Source: a virus (Duplodnaviria; Caudoviricetes). Taken from it: a stretch of 31,050 nucleotides of DNA. Below, in pieces: positions 17,678 through 27,634 of this stretch. The stretch is taken from the IMG/VR virus record IMGVR_UViG_3300008113_000759, positions 1 through 31,050 of that record. One strand, given 5' to 3'. The stretch's first letter is position 1; each line of letters opens with the position of its first letter. Position numbers and translations under genes: made by a program. The notes under the pieces were generated by a model. The model did no database searches. It saw nothing but the letters and a program-made list of their open reading frames with translations, and was not told the origin of the DNA.

Positions 17678-18361
17678 ATGTTAAAAACAGTAGCCCAAAC
17701 AGGAACAGTAACAGGTGCACTCAATTACCAGGGTGTGTGGGATGCTGCTACCAACACGCCCACGCTTGTATCTAGCGTAGGTACTAAGGGGGACTACTAT
17801 GTTGTGTCTGTTTCTGGCTCAACCAACCTTAACGGCATCACAGATTGGGTAGTCACCGACTGGTGTGTATTTAATGGCTCTGTATGGCAAAAGGTAGATA
17901 ACTCTGAGGTTGTATATGTCAGCAACGTAGCCACAGGCACAGGTCTTACAGGTGGCCCTATAACCTCTACAGGAACTGTATCTCTAGCAAATACTGCTGT
18001 GATTATAGGTACTTACGGAGGAGCTACCAATGTTGCTTCTTTTACTGTAGACCAACAAGGCAGACTGACAAGTGCAGGTAATGTCACTATTGCCATAGGT
18101 AACAATAATCTTCAAAATTCAAACGTAGTGTTGGGTAACACAACCCTGACACTTGGTAGCACAGTATCAAGCGTTGGTAATTTGACTGTAGCTAACGTCA
18201 CCATTCTTGGTGGAACTACCAATGCTGCTGTGTTTAATTTTACAGGAAACACGACAGCTACAGCAACATATGGGATAGCAAGTCTTCCCCTGCAACCTGC
18301 TGGCTTCATGCAATTCAACCTTAACGGGACAATAGTAAAAGTTCCCTACTACGCTGTCTAA
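17678..18361 (+). CDS. Tail fibre-like protein
   Basis: YQGVWDAATNTPTL...GDYYVV...WQKVDN module, TGTGLTGGPIT and TVDQQGRLTSA fibre motifs. Confidence 0.7.
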   Translation: MLKTVAQTGTVTGALNYQGVWDAATNTPTLVSSVGTKGDYYVVSVSGSTNLNGITDWVVTDWCVFNGSVWQKVDNSEVVYVSNVATGTGLTGGPITSTGTVSLANTAVIIGTYGGATNVASFTVDQQGRLTSAGNVTIAIGNNNLQNSNVVLGNTTLTLGSTVSSVGNLTVANVTILGGTTNAAVFNFTGNTTATATYGIASLPLQPAGFMQFNLNGTIVKVPYYAV

Positions 18362-18362
18362 C

Positions 18363-18584
18363 ATGGATAACCAACAAATATTCAACATCGTAGTCAGCAT
18401 AGCTGGCTTTCTTGCTGTCTATATTTTTAACAGCACAACAAAACAAATTGAGCGTCTGGAGGACAAGTTAAATGAACTTCCTAAAGAATATGTGGCAAAA
18501 GATGATTACCGCTCTGACATCACTGAAATCAAAAGTATCCTCAAACAAATCTTCGACAAGCTAGACAACAAAGCTGACAAATGA
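18363..18584 (+). CDS. Small membrane protein with a coiled coil (holin/anti-holin-like)
   Basis: N-terminal TM helix followed by a heptad-rich tail. Confidence 0.6.
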   Translation: MDNQQIFNIVVSIAGFLAVYIFNSTTKQIERLEDKLNELPKEYVAKDDYRSDITEIKSILKQIFDKLDNKADK

Positions 18585-18919
18585 ACATGGATGTTCTTTC
18601 CTACGTAAAGTTCGGTGATAAAGACGGACTGGGAGAGTTTTTGTTTGAGAACGGAATGCAACACCAATTGTTCTACGACATCCTTGGAGACAATGGTATT
18701 GCTGTTCAGAAGTATCCGTTGTCAGAAGCTGATTACGAAAACTTAGATGATTGGTTGTTTGTACACAATCAAGAGCATCAGCGGTTAGCTAGTGTTCTGG
18801 GATTGGACAATCCTTTTCAGTTGTTAGACAGTGATTGGAATGTGGAAGATGATTTTTATGATTGGCTAGGTGTACACCTTACTATTCATCAACAGATAGC
18901 TACAGCTTTAGGAGTGTGA
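18581..18919 (+). CDS. Acidic hypothetical protein with repeated W-L-x-V-H-x3-H motifs
   Basis: DWLFVHNQEHQ and DWLGVHLTIHQ. Confidence 0.75.
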   Translation: MNMDVLSYVKFGDKDGLGEFLFENGMQHQLFYDILGDNGIAVQKYPLSEADYENLDDWLFVHNQEHQRLASVLGLDNPFQLLDSDWNVEDDFYDWLGVHLTIHQQIATALGV

Positions 18920-18920
18920 C

Positions 18921-19352
18921 ATGGCAGATGTGATGCAGACAATGAGAGAGCAAAATGTTGCTGAAGATATTCCTATGCTTGATATTCTTAGGAATGATGC
19001 AAAGCAACGTGGTGTTGATTTCAATAATTTACATGCAATGCTCAAGAGTGACATAAAGAGAGGCAAGACAAGAATTATGCGCTCTGGAAACACTTTGTTG
19101 ATATATGACATTGTGCAACCTGGCTCTGCTGAATTGCACATTTCTACTATGGATTCTCCAGAAAAACTTGTTGTTGCTGTTAAAGACTTGTTTGAGGCAA
19201 TGAAAAAATCTGGATACAAAAAAGGTGTGTCTGTGACTGATAATTCACAGATTGCAAGAGTTTTGAATGCGGCAGGTATACCTGTTGCTGTTCAACAAAT
19301 GCCAGGTAAAGATGGAAAAGCCGAGTATCAATTAACCATACAGGTGCAATGA
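18921..19352 (+). CDS. Hypothetical protein, possibly GNAT-fold (T7 gp13-like position)
   Basis: Size and position just before the ejection genes; fold assignment is inference. Confidence 0.55.
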   Translation: MADVMQTMREQNVAEDIPMLDILRNDAKQRGVDFNNLHAMLKSDIKRGKTRIMRSGNTLLIYDIVQPGSAELHISTMDSPEKLVVAVKDLFEAMKKSGYKKGVSVTDNSQIARVLNAAGIPVAVQQMPGKDGKAEYQLTIQVQ

Positions 19353-20362
19353 TGGGCAAAAAAGTTAATCAAGCTATAAATTTTGTAGGGGAAACAGTAG
19401 AAGCTATTGTTGAAGACCCGTTACCGTTTATTGCAACTGTTGCTCTGACAGCCGTAGGTGTTCCTCCTCCACTTGCTGCTGCTGCCGTAACAGCAGCTAG
19501 AGGTGGAAGTATGGAAGATATTGTTATTTCGGCAGCGGCAACTTATGCTGGAGGTGAAGTCGGCAAAGCTGCTGGTGCGGGTGCGACAAGTGCTGGAGCA
19601 TCTGCTACAACCGCCAAGATTGCGGCTTCTGCTGCTGGCGCATCTACTGCTACTGTGACTGCTTCTCTTGCTTCTGGTAAATCTTTTGACGAGTCTTTGC
19701 AAGCAGGTTTAACTGCTGGTGCGTTATCTGGTGGAACTACTGGCGTAATAGAGTATGGCAAAGAAGCCCTTGCTCCTCCTGAAACAGGTCAGGGTATTAA
19801 AGCTGTACCAGGCAAAGGAACTGAGCTTTTTGGTGACCAAAGCAAAGTCAGTGGTACTGGATTCACAGACAAAGTTCCTACAGGTGGTGGACAAGGATTG
19901 ACTGTTGACCCATCTACAGCTTTGTTTACATCACAATTTACACCAAGCACAGGCCGAGTCAGAGGAACAGAAGAAGGCGGGTTGCAACCTGCTTACACAT
20001 CTGTTTCTGACACTTTGACCCCTCCATCTTTTGACACTTCACTTGCCCCGTCTACACCCTATAAAGAACCAAAAACAGTAACGCAAACTCCTGAACCTGT
20101 TATTTCAAAGACAACAGAACAACTTGCTAGGCCAATTGTTTCTGGTGCGTTGTCGGAGTTGTTTGGTCTTGGACCTAGAGTCCCAGGCGCACCGTCTGCT
20201 GGTGGAACGTCTACAGTTGCACAAACTGCTACAACAGGCACTACCGTAGGCTTGACAGGAGCGGGTGGAGCGGGTGAAATTGAAAGTAAAGAATCTGGCA
20301 AGAAACGTTCAACCGTCTGGAATGAAGAGTCTTTGCGACTTAAAGATGCACTAGGAGTGTGA
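19349..20362 (+). CDS. Putative DNA-ejection/internal virion protein
   Basis: A/G-rich hydrophobic N-half, low-complexity C-half, position after the tail genes. Confidence 0.65.
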   Translation: MMGKKVNQAINFVGETVEAIVEDPLPFIATVALTAVGVPPPLAAAAVTAARGGSMEDIVISAAATYAGGEVGKAAGAGATSAGASATTAKIAASAAGASTATVTASLASGKSFDESLQAGLTAGALSGGTTGVIEYGKEALAPPETGQGIKAVPGKGTELFGDQSKVSGTGFTDKVPTGGGQGLTVDPSTALFTSQFTPSTGRVRGTEEGGLQPAYTSVSDTLTPPSFDTSLAPSTPYKEPKTVTQTPEPVISKTTEQLARPIVSGALSELFGLGPRVPGAPSAGGTSTVAQTATTGTTVGLTGAGGAGEIESKESGKKRSTVWNEESLRLKDALGV

Positions 20363-20363
20363 T

Positions 20364-21434
20364 ATGGCAACATTAAAGAATATGACCCGTGTAGGTGCAG
20401 ATGTGCGCCAGATTGCTCGTTTGCTACAAGCAAAAGCACCTGAAAACCACATGCTTGCCTACATTACTCCAGAAGAAGCACAACTCTTGAAAAACAGAGG
20501 AGGTACTGGTATGCCTGACCCAGATACAGGTATTCCTACTTATTATGTTCCAGACTCAGAATATGTTGACCCAGATGCTTTGGAATACATGCAATACCCT
20601 CAAGGTGAAAACGTTGAGATTTATACACCCCCTGCACCAGAAGAAATTTCAATGCAGCCTATAAATTATGGAACAGACCGTTTTGCTGGTGGTGACTCTT
20701 CAGGTTACTATGATGTAAACAGAAACCAACCTGCTGCGTATGGACAGTCTACTATTGACCAAGTAAGTCCACAACAAACCGCCCGTTCATATTACATGGG
20801 TGGAACACCTGCGGCATATGCTCAATATCCAGCAGACTTAGGTGGAGTACCTGTTGATATTAGAGATGTACCTGCTCAACCTTTTGACACAACTCCAAGT
20901 AGAACAATTGGAGAAAGATATTCTGACTTGGCAAAAAGTTTAGGTGTTAAAGAAGACACCTTGTCTCGTATAGGCTTGGCTGGTTTGCAAGTTGGTTTAG
21001 GTGCTAGGCAAGCACGACAAGCAAAAGAAGAAGGCAGAAAAGCAAAAGAAGAACAACAAAGACTTGCCTCACCATACCAAACAAAAGGTGCAGAATTACA
21101 GCGTCAAGCTCAAGCTGGTGAGCTTACCCCTGCGGGACGGCAATCGTTGCAGACAGTGCAAGCACAGGCAGCGCAAGCGGCTTCTGCCCGTGGTGGCGTA
21201 GGCGCACAACAAACTGCGGCAAGAGTAGAAGCTATCCGAGGCCAGTTACTGCAACAACAGTATGACTACGGATTGAAGCTGTCAGGTATTGGTGACCAAA
21301 TACTCTTGGGTTCTATCAGAACAGGATTGGAAGCTGACAGGTATGTCAATCAGTTGTCTAACACTTACTTCACAAACGTTGCAAGAACACTTGCAGGTAC
21401 ACCCACAGTTATCCAATATGGAGTGCCAACATAA
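20364..21434 (+). CDS. Putative DNA-ejection/internal virion protein
   Basis: LAYITPEEAQLLKNRGGTG..DPDTGIP motif and Q/A-rich helical C-terminus. Confidence 0.65.
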   Translation: MATLKNMTRVGADVRQIARLLQAKAPENHMLAYITPEEAQLLKNRGGTGMPDPDTGIPTYYVPDSEYVDPDALEYMQYPQGENVEIYTPPAPEEISMQPINYGTDRFAGGDSSGYYDVNRNQPAAYGQSTIDQVSPQQTARSYYMGGTPAAYAQYPADLGGVPVDIRDVPAQPFDTTPSRTIGERYSDLAKSLGVKEDTLSRIGLAGLQVGLGARQARQAKEEGRKAKEEQQRLASPYQTKGAELQRQAQAGELTPAGRQSLQTVQAQAAQAASARGGVGAQQTAARVEAIRGQLLQQQYDYGLKLSGIGDQILLGSIRTGLEADRYVNQLSNTYFTNVARTLAGTPTVIQYGVPT

Positions 21435-22861
21435 TGGCTGATTCTGCTCTTAAAGACATCACAAAACTTCCAGTCATGCCAGCGTTGCCGAAGACAAGAG
21501 CGGTGATGCAACCCAGTCCAACACCGTCTGGAATGATTGGTGCGGCTGAACTTGGCCCTGCGTTAAGTGAATTAAGTGAGGCTGAAAGGCAATCATCAAT
21601 GAAAGTTGGTGAAGCTGACATTGATATAGAAAAAGCAAAGAGAGAAGAAAAAGGACAAGAAGCAGAACAAAGAGCTGAATTAGTTGGTCGTATGGCAACA
21701 GAGGCAAGAGAGTTGCCAGAACGTCAAGCATTGACTGCCGCAAGGACTGAGTTTGGAAATATGGCTTTTGTGCCTACAAAAGAGACTACTCAAGACTTGG
21801 CGGGTATCTTCTCTCTTATGAGTATTGTTGGTATGGTTGTTGGCAAAGGTAATGCACAGCTTGCTATGTCTTCTATGAATGGCATGTTGGAAGGCTACCA
21901 AAAAGGCAGAGCAGACCTTTACAAAAAAGAGTTAACACAATTTGACAAGAACTTCAAAGCCATGCAAAGCAAGGTAATGACTCTTGAAAAAGAGCTTTCC
22001 GAAGCGATGGAGTTGAAAAAACTTGACAGGGAAAAAGGTGACCTAGAAATCACTATGGCTTTAGCAAAAGGAAATTCTCCATTGCTTAATGCTCTGCGTA
22101 ACAAACAAGGTGATGTTGCTGTTTTGACTGCTGTTCAGGAAACTAAAAAAACTTTAAATACTCTTGTTTCCTTGAACAATGACTTGCAAGGAAAAGCTGA
22201 TGCTAGAGCAGATGCGGCAGAACGTGAAAGACGAGCAGATATAAGAGCAAAACTTGCTAGAGACCAAGCATTAGCACTAGCAGCCGCAAAAGGTCAACAA
22301 GGTGGAAAAGCACCAGCAAAAGAAATTGTTAATCAAAATCAACTTAGAAACACATTAATTCCAAAATTGCAAGAAGTTGTTCCTATCATGGATAGGTTAC
22401 ATAAAGAAGGTAAATGGAACACATTGACCGCATTGCTTGCAATAGACCCAAGAGCGGCAGAACTTGAATTTAAAAATGACGAAGAGGCATTAAAAGCTAT
22501 TCGCACATTTGCTTACTTCCGTTCAAAAGAATTTGAAACCGCTGGCAAGGCACTTACGAAAAAAGAAGATGCTATTCTTTCGCCTATCTATAGAAGTGAT
22601 TTCAGAGTTTATCAAGGTGCACGTGGAGCAATACTTGATGGGTTAAAAACCATGCAACAAGAACAAGCTGGTTTAGAAGGTATGTATCCGTACATCAAAC
22701 AATACAACCAAATTTTACGTGGTGAAACTCCACAAGAGATAGACATAAACAAAGAGCGTGAACTTGCATATGAAGCAATAGAACAAGGTGCAGATATAAA
22801 TACTGTCAAAAAAATGTTCAAGCAAGAAACAGGTGAAAGTCTTGTTTACGGAGAGGATTAA
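21434..22861 (+). CDS. Putative DNA-ejection/internal virion protein (coiled-coil, one hydrophobic segment)
   Basis: Helical charged composition; LAGIFSLMSIVGMVVG segment. Confidence 0.65.
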   Translation: MADSALKDITKLPVMPALPKTRAVMQPSPTPSGMIGAAELGPALSELSEAERQSSMKVGEADIDIEKAKREEKGQEAEQRAELVGRMATEARELPERQALTAARTEFGNMAFVPTKETTQDLAGIFSLMSIVGMVVGKGNAQLAMSSMNGMLEGYQKGRADLYKKELTQFDKNFKAMQSKVMTLEKELSEAMELKKLDREKGDLEITMALAKGNSPLLNALRNKQGDVAVLTAVQETKKTLNTLVSLNNDLQGKADARADAAERERRADIRAKLARDQALALAAAKGQQGGKAPAKEIVNQNQLRNTLIPKLQEVVPIMDRLHKEGKWNTLTALLAIDPRAAELEFKNDEEALKAIRTFAYFRSKEFETAGKALTKKEDAILSPIYRSDFRVYQGARGAILDGLKTMQQEQAGLEGMYPYIKQYNQILRGETPQEIDINKERELAYEAIEQGADINTVKKMFKQETGESLVYGED

Positions 22862-22864
22862 AAT

Positions 22865-25363
22865 ATGGAAAACAAATATAAAACTTCGCCTCCATCAACT
22901 GGTAGTACAGCTTCATCTAATAAGTATCTTAGTGCGCCAACACAAACACCAGTGCCCTCACCTGTTGATTTGACAGAAAAACCTGTAGAACCACCAAAAG
23001 AAGAAAAGTCTTTTTTGGGTCAAGCTGCCGATGTAGCTAAATCAGGAGGTATTGGCACAACATTAGGTTATTTCAGTCCTGAAATAATGACTGGGTTAGG
23101 ATTAATACCATCACCTGCATCACCATTTTTGTTGGCTGGCGGACAAATACTACGTGGAGGTAGAGCGGCTGCTGCTTTGACTGGGGGTTTGTCTGCTGTT
23201 GGTGGTAGTGTTGCAGGTAAAGTCGTTCCTGAACCAGAAAAAGTAGCAATAGACATTCCAGGAATACAAGTAACTAGAAAACAACTTGCAGAAGTTGGAG
23301 GAGAAATTGCTGGCCCAGGTGCATTAAAAGCTACAGAACTTGTAGCCCGTGGAACTCCAGTTGTCGGTAGTGCCATACGAGCATTAGAAAGATATGCAGG
23401 TGCTGGTAAAGATGGATATGCTGATGCTGCTGCAAGAGAATTGGCATTAATCGCCAAGCCAGGTTTACGAAAAAGATTCTTTGGCTCCGATGTGCCTGTA
23501 ACTGAAATACAACCTTATCGTCAAATCTACGATGCTTTGGCTGGATTGGACAATGCAAAGCGTAGAGAAGGTGAAGCGTTGTTAGAGGGTGCAAAAGGAA
23601 GAGCGCAAAGAATCACTGCACACTACAACGAACAAGCACGTAGAGTGCAAAGATTCAATATCGAAGAAGCTCAAAGGCTCAAGCAAGAAGGTCAAAAGAT
23701 GGCAGAAGGTGCTATCCAAGATGCTATAAATCAAGTAGAGAAGAAATTTGGCATAGTACGAAGAGCAGAAGCTGCGGGACAAAAAGCAACAGCAGCGTCT
23801 GAACAATCCATTGGTGCTATAGGAAATACCAAGCGTTCACGTACAGATATAGGTTTGTCACTACAACAAAAAGTAAAAAATACAGATGACTTGCAAGTCA
23901 AGGCAATGGAAGATTCATTTAGAAATGACAAATCAGCAAGAGATGCTTTAGTTGCAAAGCAAGAAGAAGCAGGCATTTTTCCAGAAAACACTGCCAAGTT
24001 TAAAGAAACTCTTGCATTCCTAAATGACAAGCTTGTAAAAGGCAGACAACCTGCTGAAAGAGTAAAAGTAGATGTCACTGAGCAGGGTGTAAAAAATGCT
24101 TATGAACGTGTAAGAGAAGCAATGCTCAATAAGCGTGTAATGATGGAAGGTTCAGAAGCAGAGGTTGCACAACAAGTAGCAGACATACAGAGAGCTGGTG
24201 GACAAGTACAAAAAGGAACGAATCCAGCAACTGGAGAGCCAGCTTTTTACCGTGTTTACAAAACATCTTTTGAGGCCTTAGACCCTGTTAGAAGAAAGCT
24301 AGGTGAAGCATTCAATGGCAAGCCGGCAGAGGGATTTGAAGGGCTGCTTACAGAACAGGCAAAAGATTTGTATGGGCGCATACGTTCAATACAAGTTGAA
24401 TACGCTGGTGGTGTAGATGGCCCACAAGACATGTTGCTTAGAAATTATTCTGAAGGAAAAGACCTTTTAAATGCTTTGCGTATTCCTGCGGGAAGAAAAA
24501 TTATTGGCACAGACAGATTAAATCCAGAGTATTTGACGCAAGACCCAGTAGACATACCTTCAACATTTTTCAAAAGCAAGAAATCTGTACAGGATTTGTT
24601 GCAGATAACGAAAGACCCAGCATTGGTTGAAGGCGCTGCTTCAGATTATTTAGCCCGAACCTTGGTAGGAAAAGACAGCAAGGCTATAAACAACTATCTC
24701 AAAGACAACAAAGAATGGATAGACCTATTCCCAAACTTGTCTAATAGAGTAAACAATGCCATGTCTGCAATTTCTAGAGCAGAAAGCGTAGTTCCAAAAA
24801 CAACAAAACTTTCTACATCTTTGAGAGCAGATATTAAGAATTTGCCTATACAGGCAGAACAAAAAGCAACTGAGATTAAAACATCTGCTGCAACAGAAGC
24901 TGAAAGAAGATTGAAAGCAAGTATTGCAAAAGGTGAAAAGCTACGTCAGCAAGGTCAAAAATTGGCTGAGACTACAACAGGCCAAGATAAGGTAAAAAGC
25001 ATTCTTGGTTCTGGTGACCCAACTTTAGAAATTGAAAAGTTAATTACATCTGGAGAAACACAAAAGTTGAGAGAGGTTGCTCCTTTCATAAAATCTAATC
25101 CAGAACTTGCCAAAAGTTTTAACAGAGCACTAGACATAACCATTTCTCGAATGAACCCCAAAAATGTTGGCGATGATTTTGAGCGAATCCTTAAACCAGC
25201 TTTGCTAAATACTGGATTGATAACACCCAAAAAAGCAGCAGATTTAACTCAAAGAATCAGAACGGTACAAATGACGCTAGAGCCAACTGCTGCTGCCGAA
25301 ACAATTCGTTACATCATCAGAACAGGAATTTCTGGTGAGGCTGGAACACAACTAACAGAATAG
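22865..25363 (+). CDS. Large DNA-ejection/internal virion protein
   Basis: 832 aa, Gly-rich hydrophobic N-terminal helices then a long helical region; last of the four-gene block. Confidence 0.65.
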   Translation: MENKYKTSPPSTGSTASSNKYLSAPTQTPVPSPVDLTEKPVEPPKEEKSFLGQAADVAKSGGIGTTLGYFSPEIMTGLGLIPSPASPFLLAGGQILRGGRAAAALTGGLSAVGGSVAGKVVPEPEKVAIDIPGIQVTRKQLAEVGGEIAGPGALKATELVARGTPVVGSAIRALERYAGAGKDGYADAAARELALIAKPGLRKRFFGSDVPVTEIQPYRQIYDALAGLDNAKRREGEALLEGAKGRAQRITAHYNEQARRVQRFNIEEAQRLKQEGQKMAEGAIQDAINQVEKKFGIVRRAEAAGQKATAASEQSIGAIGNTKRSRTDIGLSLQQKVKNTDDLQVKAMEDSFRNDKSARDALVAKQEEAGIFPENTAKFKETLAFLNDKLVKGRQPAERVKVDVTEQGVKNAYERVREAMLNKRVMMEGSEAEVAQQVADIQRAGGQVQKGTNPATGEPAFYRVYKTSFEALDPVRRKLGEAFNGKPAEGFEGLLTEQAKDLYGRIRSIQVEYAGGVDGPQDMLLRNYSEGKDLLNALRIPAGRKIIGTDRLNPEYLTQDPVDIPSTFFKSKKSVQDLLQITKDPALVEGAASDYLARTLVGKDSKAINNYLKDNKEWIDLFPNLSNRVNNAMSAISRAESVVPKTTKLSTSLRADIKNLPIQAEQKATEIKTSAATEAERRLKASIAKGEKLRQQGQKLAETTTGQDKVKSILGSGDPTLEIEKLITSGETQKLREVAPFIKSNPELAKSFNRALDITISRMNPKNVGDDFERILKPALLNTGLITPKKAADLTQRIRTVQMTLEPTAAAETIRYIIRTGISGEAGTQLTE

Positions 25364-25371
25364 GAGTAATC

Positions 25372-25512
25372 ATGCCACTCAAACAAGGTAGTAGTCAGAA
25401 AACCATTTCTGCCAACATTCGCAGAGAAATGAAGGCGGGTAAACCGCAAAAGCAAGCAATTGCTATTGCACTCACGACAGCACGAAAAGTCAAAAGAAAG
25501 GCTAGAAAATGA
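25372..25512 (+). CDS. 46-aa basic phage peptide MPLKQGSSQKTISANIRREMKAGKPQKQAIAIALTTARKVKRKARK
   Basis: AGGAG SD; recognisable widespread phage small-protein pattern (KPQKQAIAIAL); missing from the ORF track. Confidence 0.8.
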   Translation: MPLKQGSSQKTISANIRREMKAGKPQKQAIAIALTTARKVKRKARK

Positions 25513-25688
25513 TGAACAAAGAATACGGCAAACAATCTATGGGTAAGGCCACACAAGCTGATATTGACCGCATGGCTCGCCAAGGTGGTGAGAATGAGGT
25601 TCGTGCTTCTGAGGACTACAACCGTCAAATGATGAAGATGCAAGCCAAGCCAATGACTCGCACTACTCCCCGCAAGATGAAGCGATGA
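25509..25688 (+). CDS. 59-aa Met-rich hypothetical protein (MMNKEYGKQ...PRKMKR)
   Basis: ATGA-coupled at both ends; missing from the ORF track. Confidence 0.7.
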   Translation: MMNKEYGKQSMGKATQADIDRMARQGGENEVRASEDYNRQMMKMQAKPMTRTTPRKMKR

Positions 25689-25903
25689 GTAGAAAGAAGG
25701 CTGAGAAGGGTATCAACCCTGCACTAGAGAAAGCAATCAACGAACTGCTTGCTCAAGTAATGGCTGACCCTGAAGCAAGCCTGACAGACAAAGCAAAAAT
25801 CATTGACCGTGCCCTAAAGCTAGAGGCTCTGAAAATGAAGGATGCTGATGAAGGGTATGGCGCAGGGTTATTTGGTGATGGTGACGGTGACGAGGATACA
25901 TGA
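25685..25903 (+). CDS. Small helical protein with an acidic tail (candidate terminase small subunit)
   Basis: ATGA-coupled ORF; the functional call is speculative. Confidence 0.6.
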   Translation: MSRKKAEKGINPALEKAINELLAQVMADPEASLTDKAKIIDRALKLEALKMKDADEGYGAGLFGDGDGDEDT

Positions 25904-25938
25904 TAATATGGTTATTCCATTATTAAAGAGGGAAAATC

Positions 25939-26160
25939 ATGGAGCCAACCGCAATCATTCGTCTAGCGTTAGGGGTCATCTCCGACCGCTTAATCACCAT
26001 ACTTGCTCTGCTCACCTGCTTTGGACTGGGTTGCTGGGTAATGTGGGAACCCAAATGGGAGAGGGTGACAACTCTTGCAATTTATGTAATATTCAGCTAT
26101 CTGCTGGTGAGGATAAAGGAGAAAAAACATGGACATGATTCCGAAAGTCAAGACAACTAA
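25939..26160 (+). CDS. Two-TM membrane protein
   Basis: Two hydrophobic helices and a charged C-terminus; AGAGGG SD. Confidence 0.7.
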   Translation: MEPTAIIRLALGVISDRLITILALLTCFGLGCWVMWEPKWERVTTLAIYVIFSYLLVRIKEKKHGHDSESQDN

Positions 26161-26344
26161 GGTACAGGGTCAATTAGGCACTGGTGTAACGCAGAACAAA
26201 CTGTGTGTGCCTGGTGAATTTACCCCTGGCAAACTTCCCGCAGGTGGCTTCCAAGCTGTGTGGAATTTTAAAAACAACGAGCCTAACGATTACTTTACCC
26301 GTAAAGAGTCACCTACTTCTGGTGGTGGTGGAAAGGTCTACTAA
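26129..26344 (+). CDS. Hypothetical protein
   Basis: AAGGAG SD; stop overlaps the next ATG. Confidence 0.7.
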   Translation: MDMIPKVKTTKVQGQLGTGVTQNKLCVPGEFTPGKLPAGGFQAVWNFKNNEPNDYFTRKESPTSGGGGKVY

Positions 26345-26694
26345 TGGCTAACAACATACCTTTTCAAGTGCAAGGTAAAACAACCCGTATTAACGTAACC
26401 ACTTCGGCTAATACGGTTTCTATTCTTTCGGATAGCCCTTGTAACCAACTCAGAATACACAACGGCACAGCCGCAGAAGTGTTTATCCGTGTAGGTACAG
26501 AAAGCACAGATGCTGCTGTCATTCCTGTTGCGGGTACTCCTGCATACGGAACGGTATTGCACAACAATCAAACAATCATTATTACTTCACCCAAGCAAGC
26601 GGCAAATACTGCTGCTAATTCTGTTTATGTCTCAGCCATCGCACCCACAGGCACAGCAATCGTGTATGTGACCCCTGGCGAAGGCATGGCATAG
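26344..26694 (+). CDS. Small beta-rich virion protein (paralogue of 17346-17675)
   Basis: Shared motifs, ends in VYVTPGEGMA. Confidence 0.7.
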   Translation: MANNIPFQVQGKTTRINVTTSANTVSILSDSPCNQLRIHNGTAAEVFIRVGTESTDAAVIPVAGTPAYGTVLHNNQTIIITSPKQAANTAANSVYVSAIAPTGTAIVYVTPGEGMA

Positions 26695-26703
26695 AGGTTG
26701 TAA

Positions 26704-27072
26704 ATGGCTCTAGACCCTTTAACAGCCGTACTTGACGTTGGCGGGAAGTTGTTAGACAAGTTCTTTCCTGACGCAGATGCGGATATGAAGAACAAAATGA
26801 ATCAGTTTTTAACTGTATTCACAGCCCAAGCGCAGATTGTCCAAGCTGAAGCCGCAAGCAATAATTGGCTTGCCTCTAGTTGGAGGCCTATAACCATGCT
26901 TGTTTTTGTTGCTCTTATCGTTGCACGGTGGTTTGGGTGGGCAGCGCCCAATCTTGCAGAGGCTGAATATCTCAAACTCTGGGACATTGTTCAGCTTGGT
27001 CTTGGTGGTTATGTTATTGGTCGTAGTGTTGAGAAGGTAATTCCTTCTATAGCGGATGCAATAAAAAAATGA
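26704..27072 (+). CDS. Holin (GTA 3TM-holin-like)
   Basis: LLDKFFPD, AEAAS...SSWRP and LGLGGY..GRSVEK motifs; adjacent to the endolysin. Confidence 0.8.
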   Translation: MALDPLTAVLDVGGKLLDKFFPDADADMKNKMNQFLTVFTAQAQIVQAEAASNNWLASSWRPITMLVFVALIVARWFGWAAPNLAEAEYLKLWDIVQLGLGGYVIGRSVEKVIPSIADAIKK

Positions 27073-27410
27073 GCCTGTCTGACGAACAAGCCAAATTCTT
27101 GTTGGATGCTTGTAAACTCATTGAGTATGCAACCAACAAGGGTTGGACAGTAACGGGCGGGGAAATGTACCGCACACAAGCGCAGCAAGAGATTTACTTC
27201 AAAGAAGGCAAAACAAAGACACTGCAAAGCAACCATTTGAGAAGGCTTGCTATTGATTTAAACTTCTTAAAAGATGGCAAGCCCGTGTGGGACAAGAGCC
27301 AACTTGCTGACGTTGGAGAATTTTGGGAGTCTTTAAATTCTTTAAATCGTTGGGGTGGAAACTTTAAGTCTTTACCTGATACACCCCATTTTGAGAGGAA
27401 TGTAGGATGA
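27069..27410 (+). CDS. Endolysin, M15 family peptidase (L-Ala-D-Glu peptidase-like)
   Basis: YRT..QQ, SNH...LAID, WGGNF, DTPHFE zinc-peptidase motifs. Confidence 0.88.
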   Translation: MSLSDEQAKFLLDACKLIEYATNKGWTVTGGEMYRTQAQQEIYFKEGKTKTLQSNHLRRLAIDLNFLKDGKPVWDKSQLADVGEFWESLNSLNRWGGNFKSLPDTPHFERNVG

Positions 27411-27634
27411 GAAAGAAATTTCCAAACCTATCTGTCGGCAGAGGAGAGAAGCTCTCTGTCAAAGCGGGTGGCGGGTTGACTGCCAAGGGTCGAGCAAAGG
27501 CAAACAGGGCTACAGGTAGTAACTTGAAAGCACCTACAAAATCAGGCCCTCGTCAAAAGTCTTTCTGCGCTAGAAGCAGTGGATGGACTGGCGAGCGTGG
27601 TAAAGCGGCAAGAAAGAGATGGGGTTGCAGATAA
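27407..27634 (+). CDS. Highly basic small phage protein (DUF6321-like)
   Basis: GGLTAKGRA...GSNLKAP...RQKSFCAR...RKRWGC. Confidence 0.8.
   Translation: MRKKFPNLSVGRGEKLSVKAGGGLTAKGRAKANRATGSNLKAPTKSGPRQKSFCARSSGWTGERGKAARKRWGCR

Noticed and set aside
13881-18361. Diversity-generating retroelement acting on the tail genes
   Set aside because: No reverse transcriptase and no TR/VR pair differing only at adenines; the repeats are protein-level duplications
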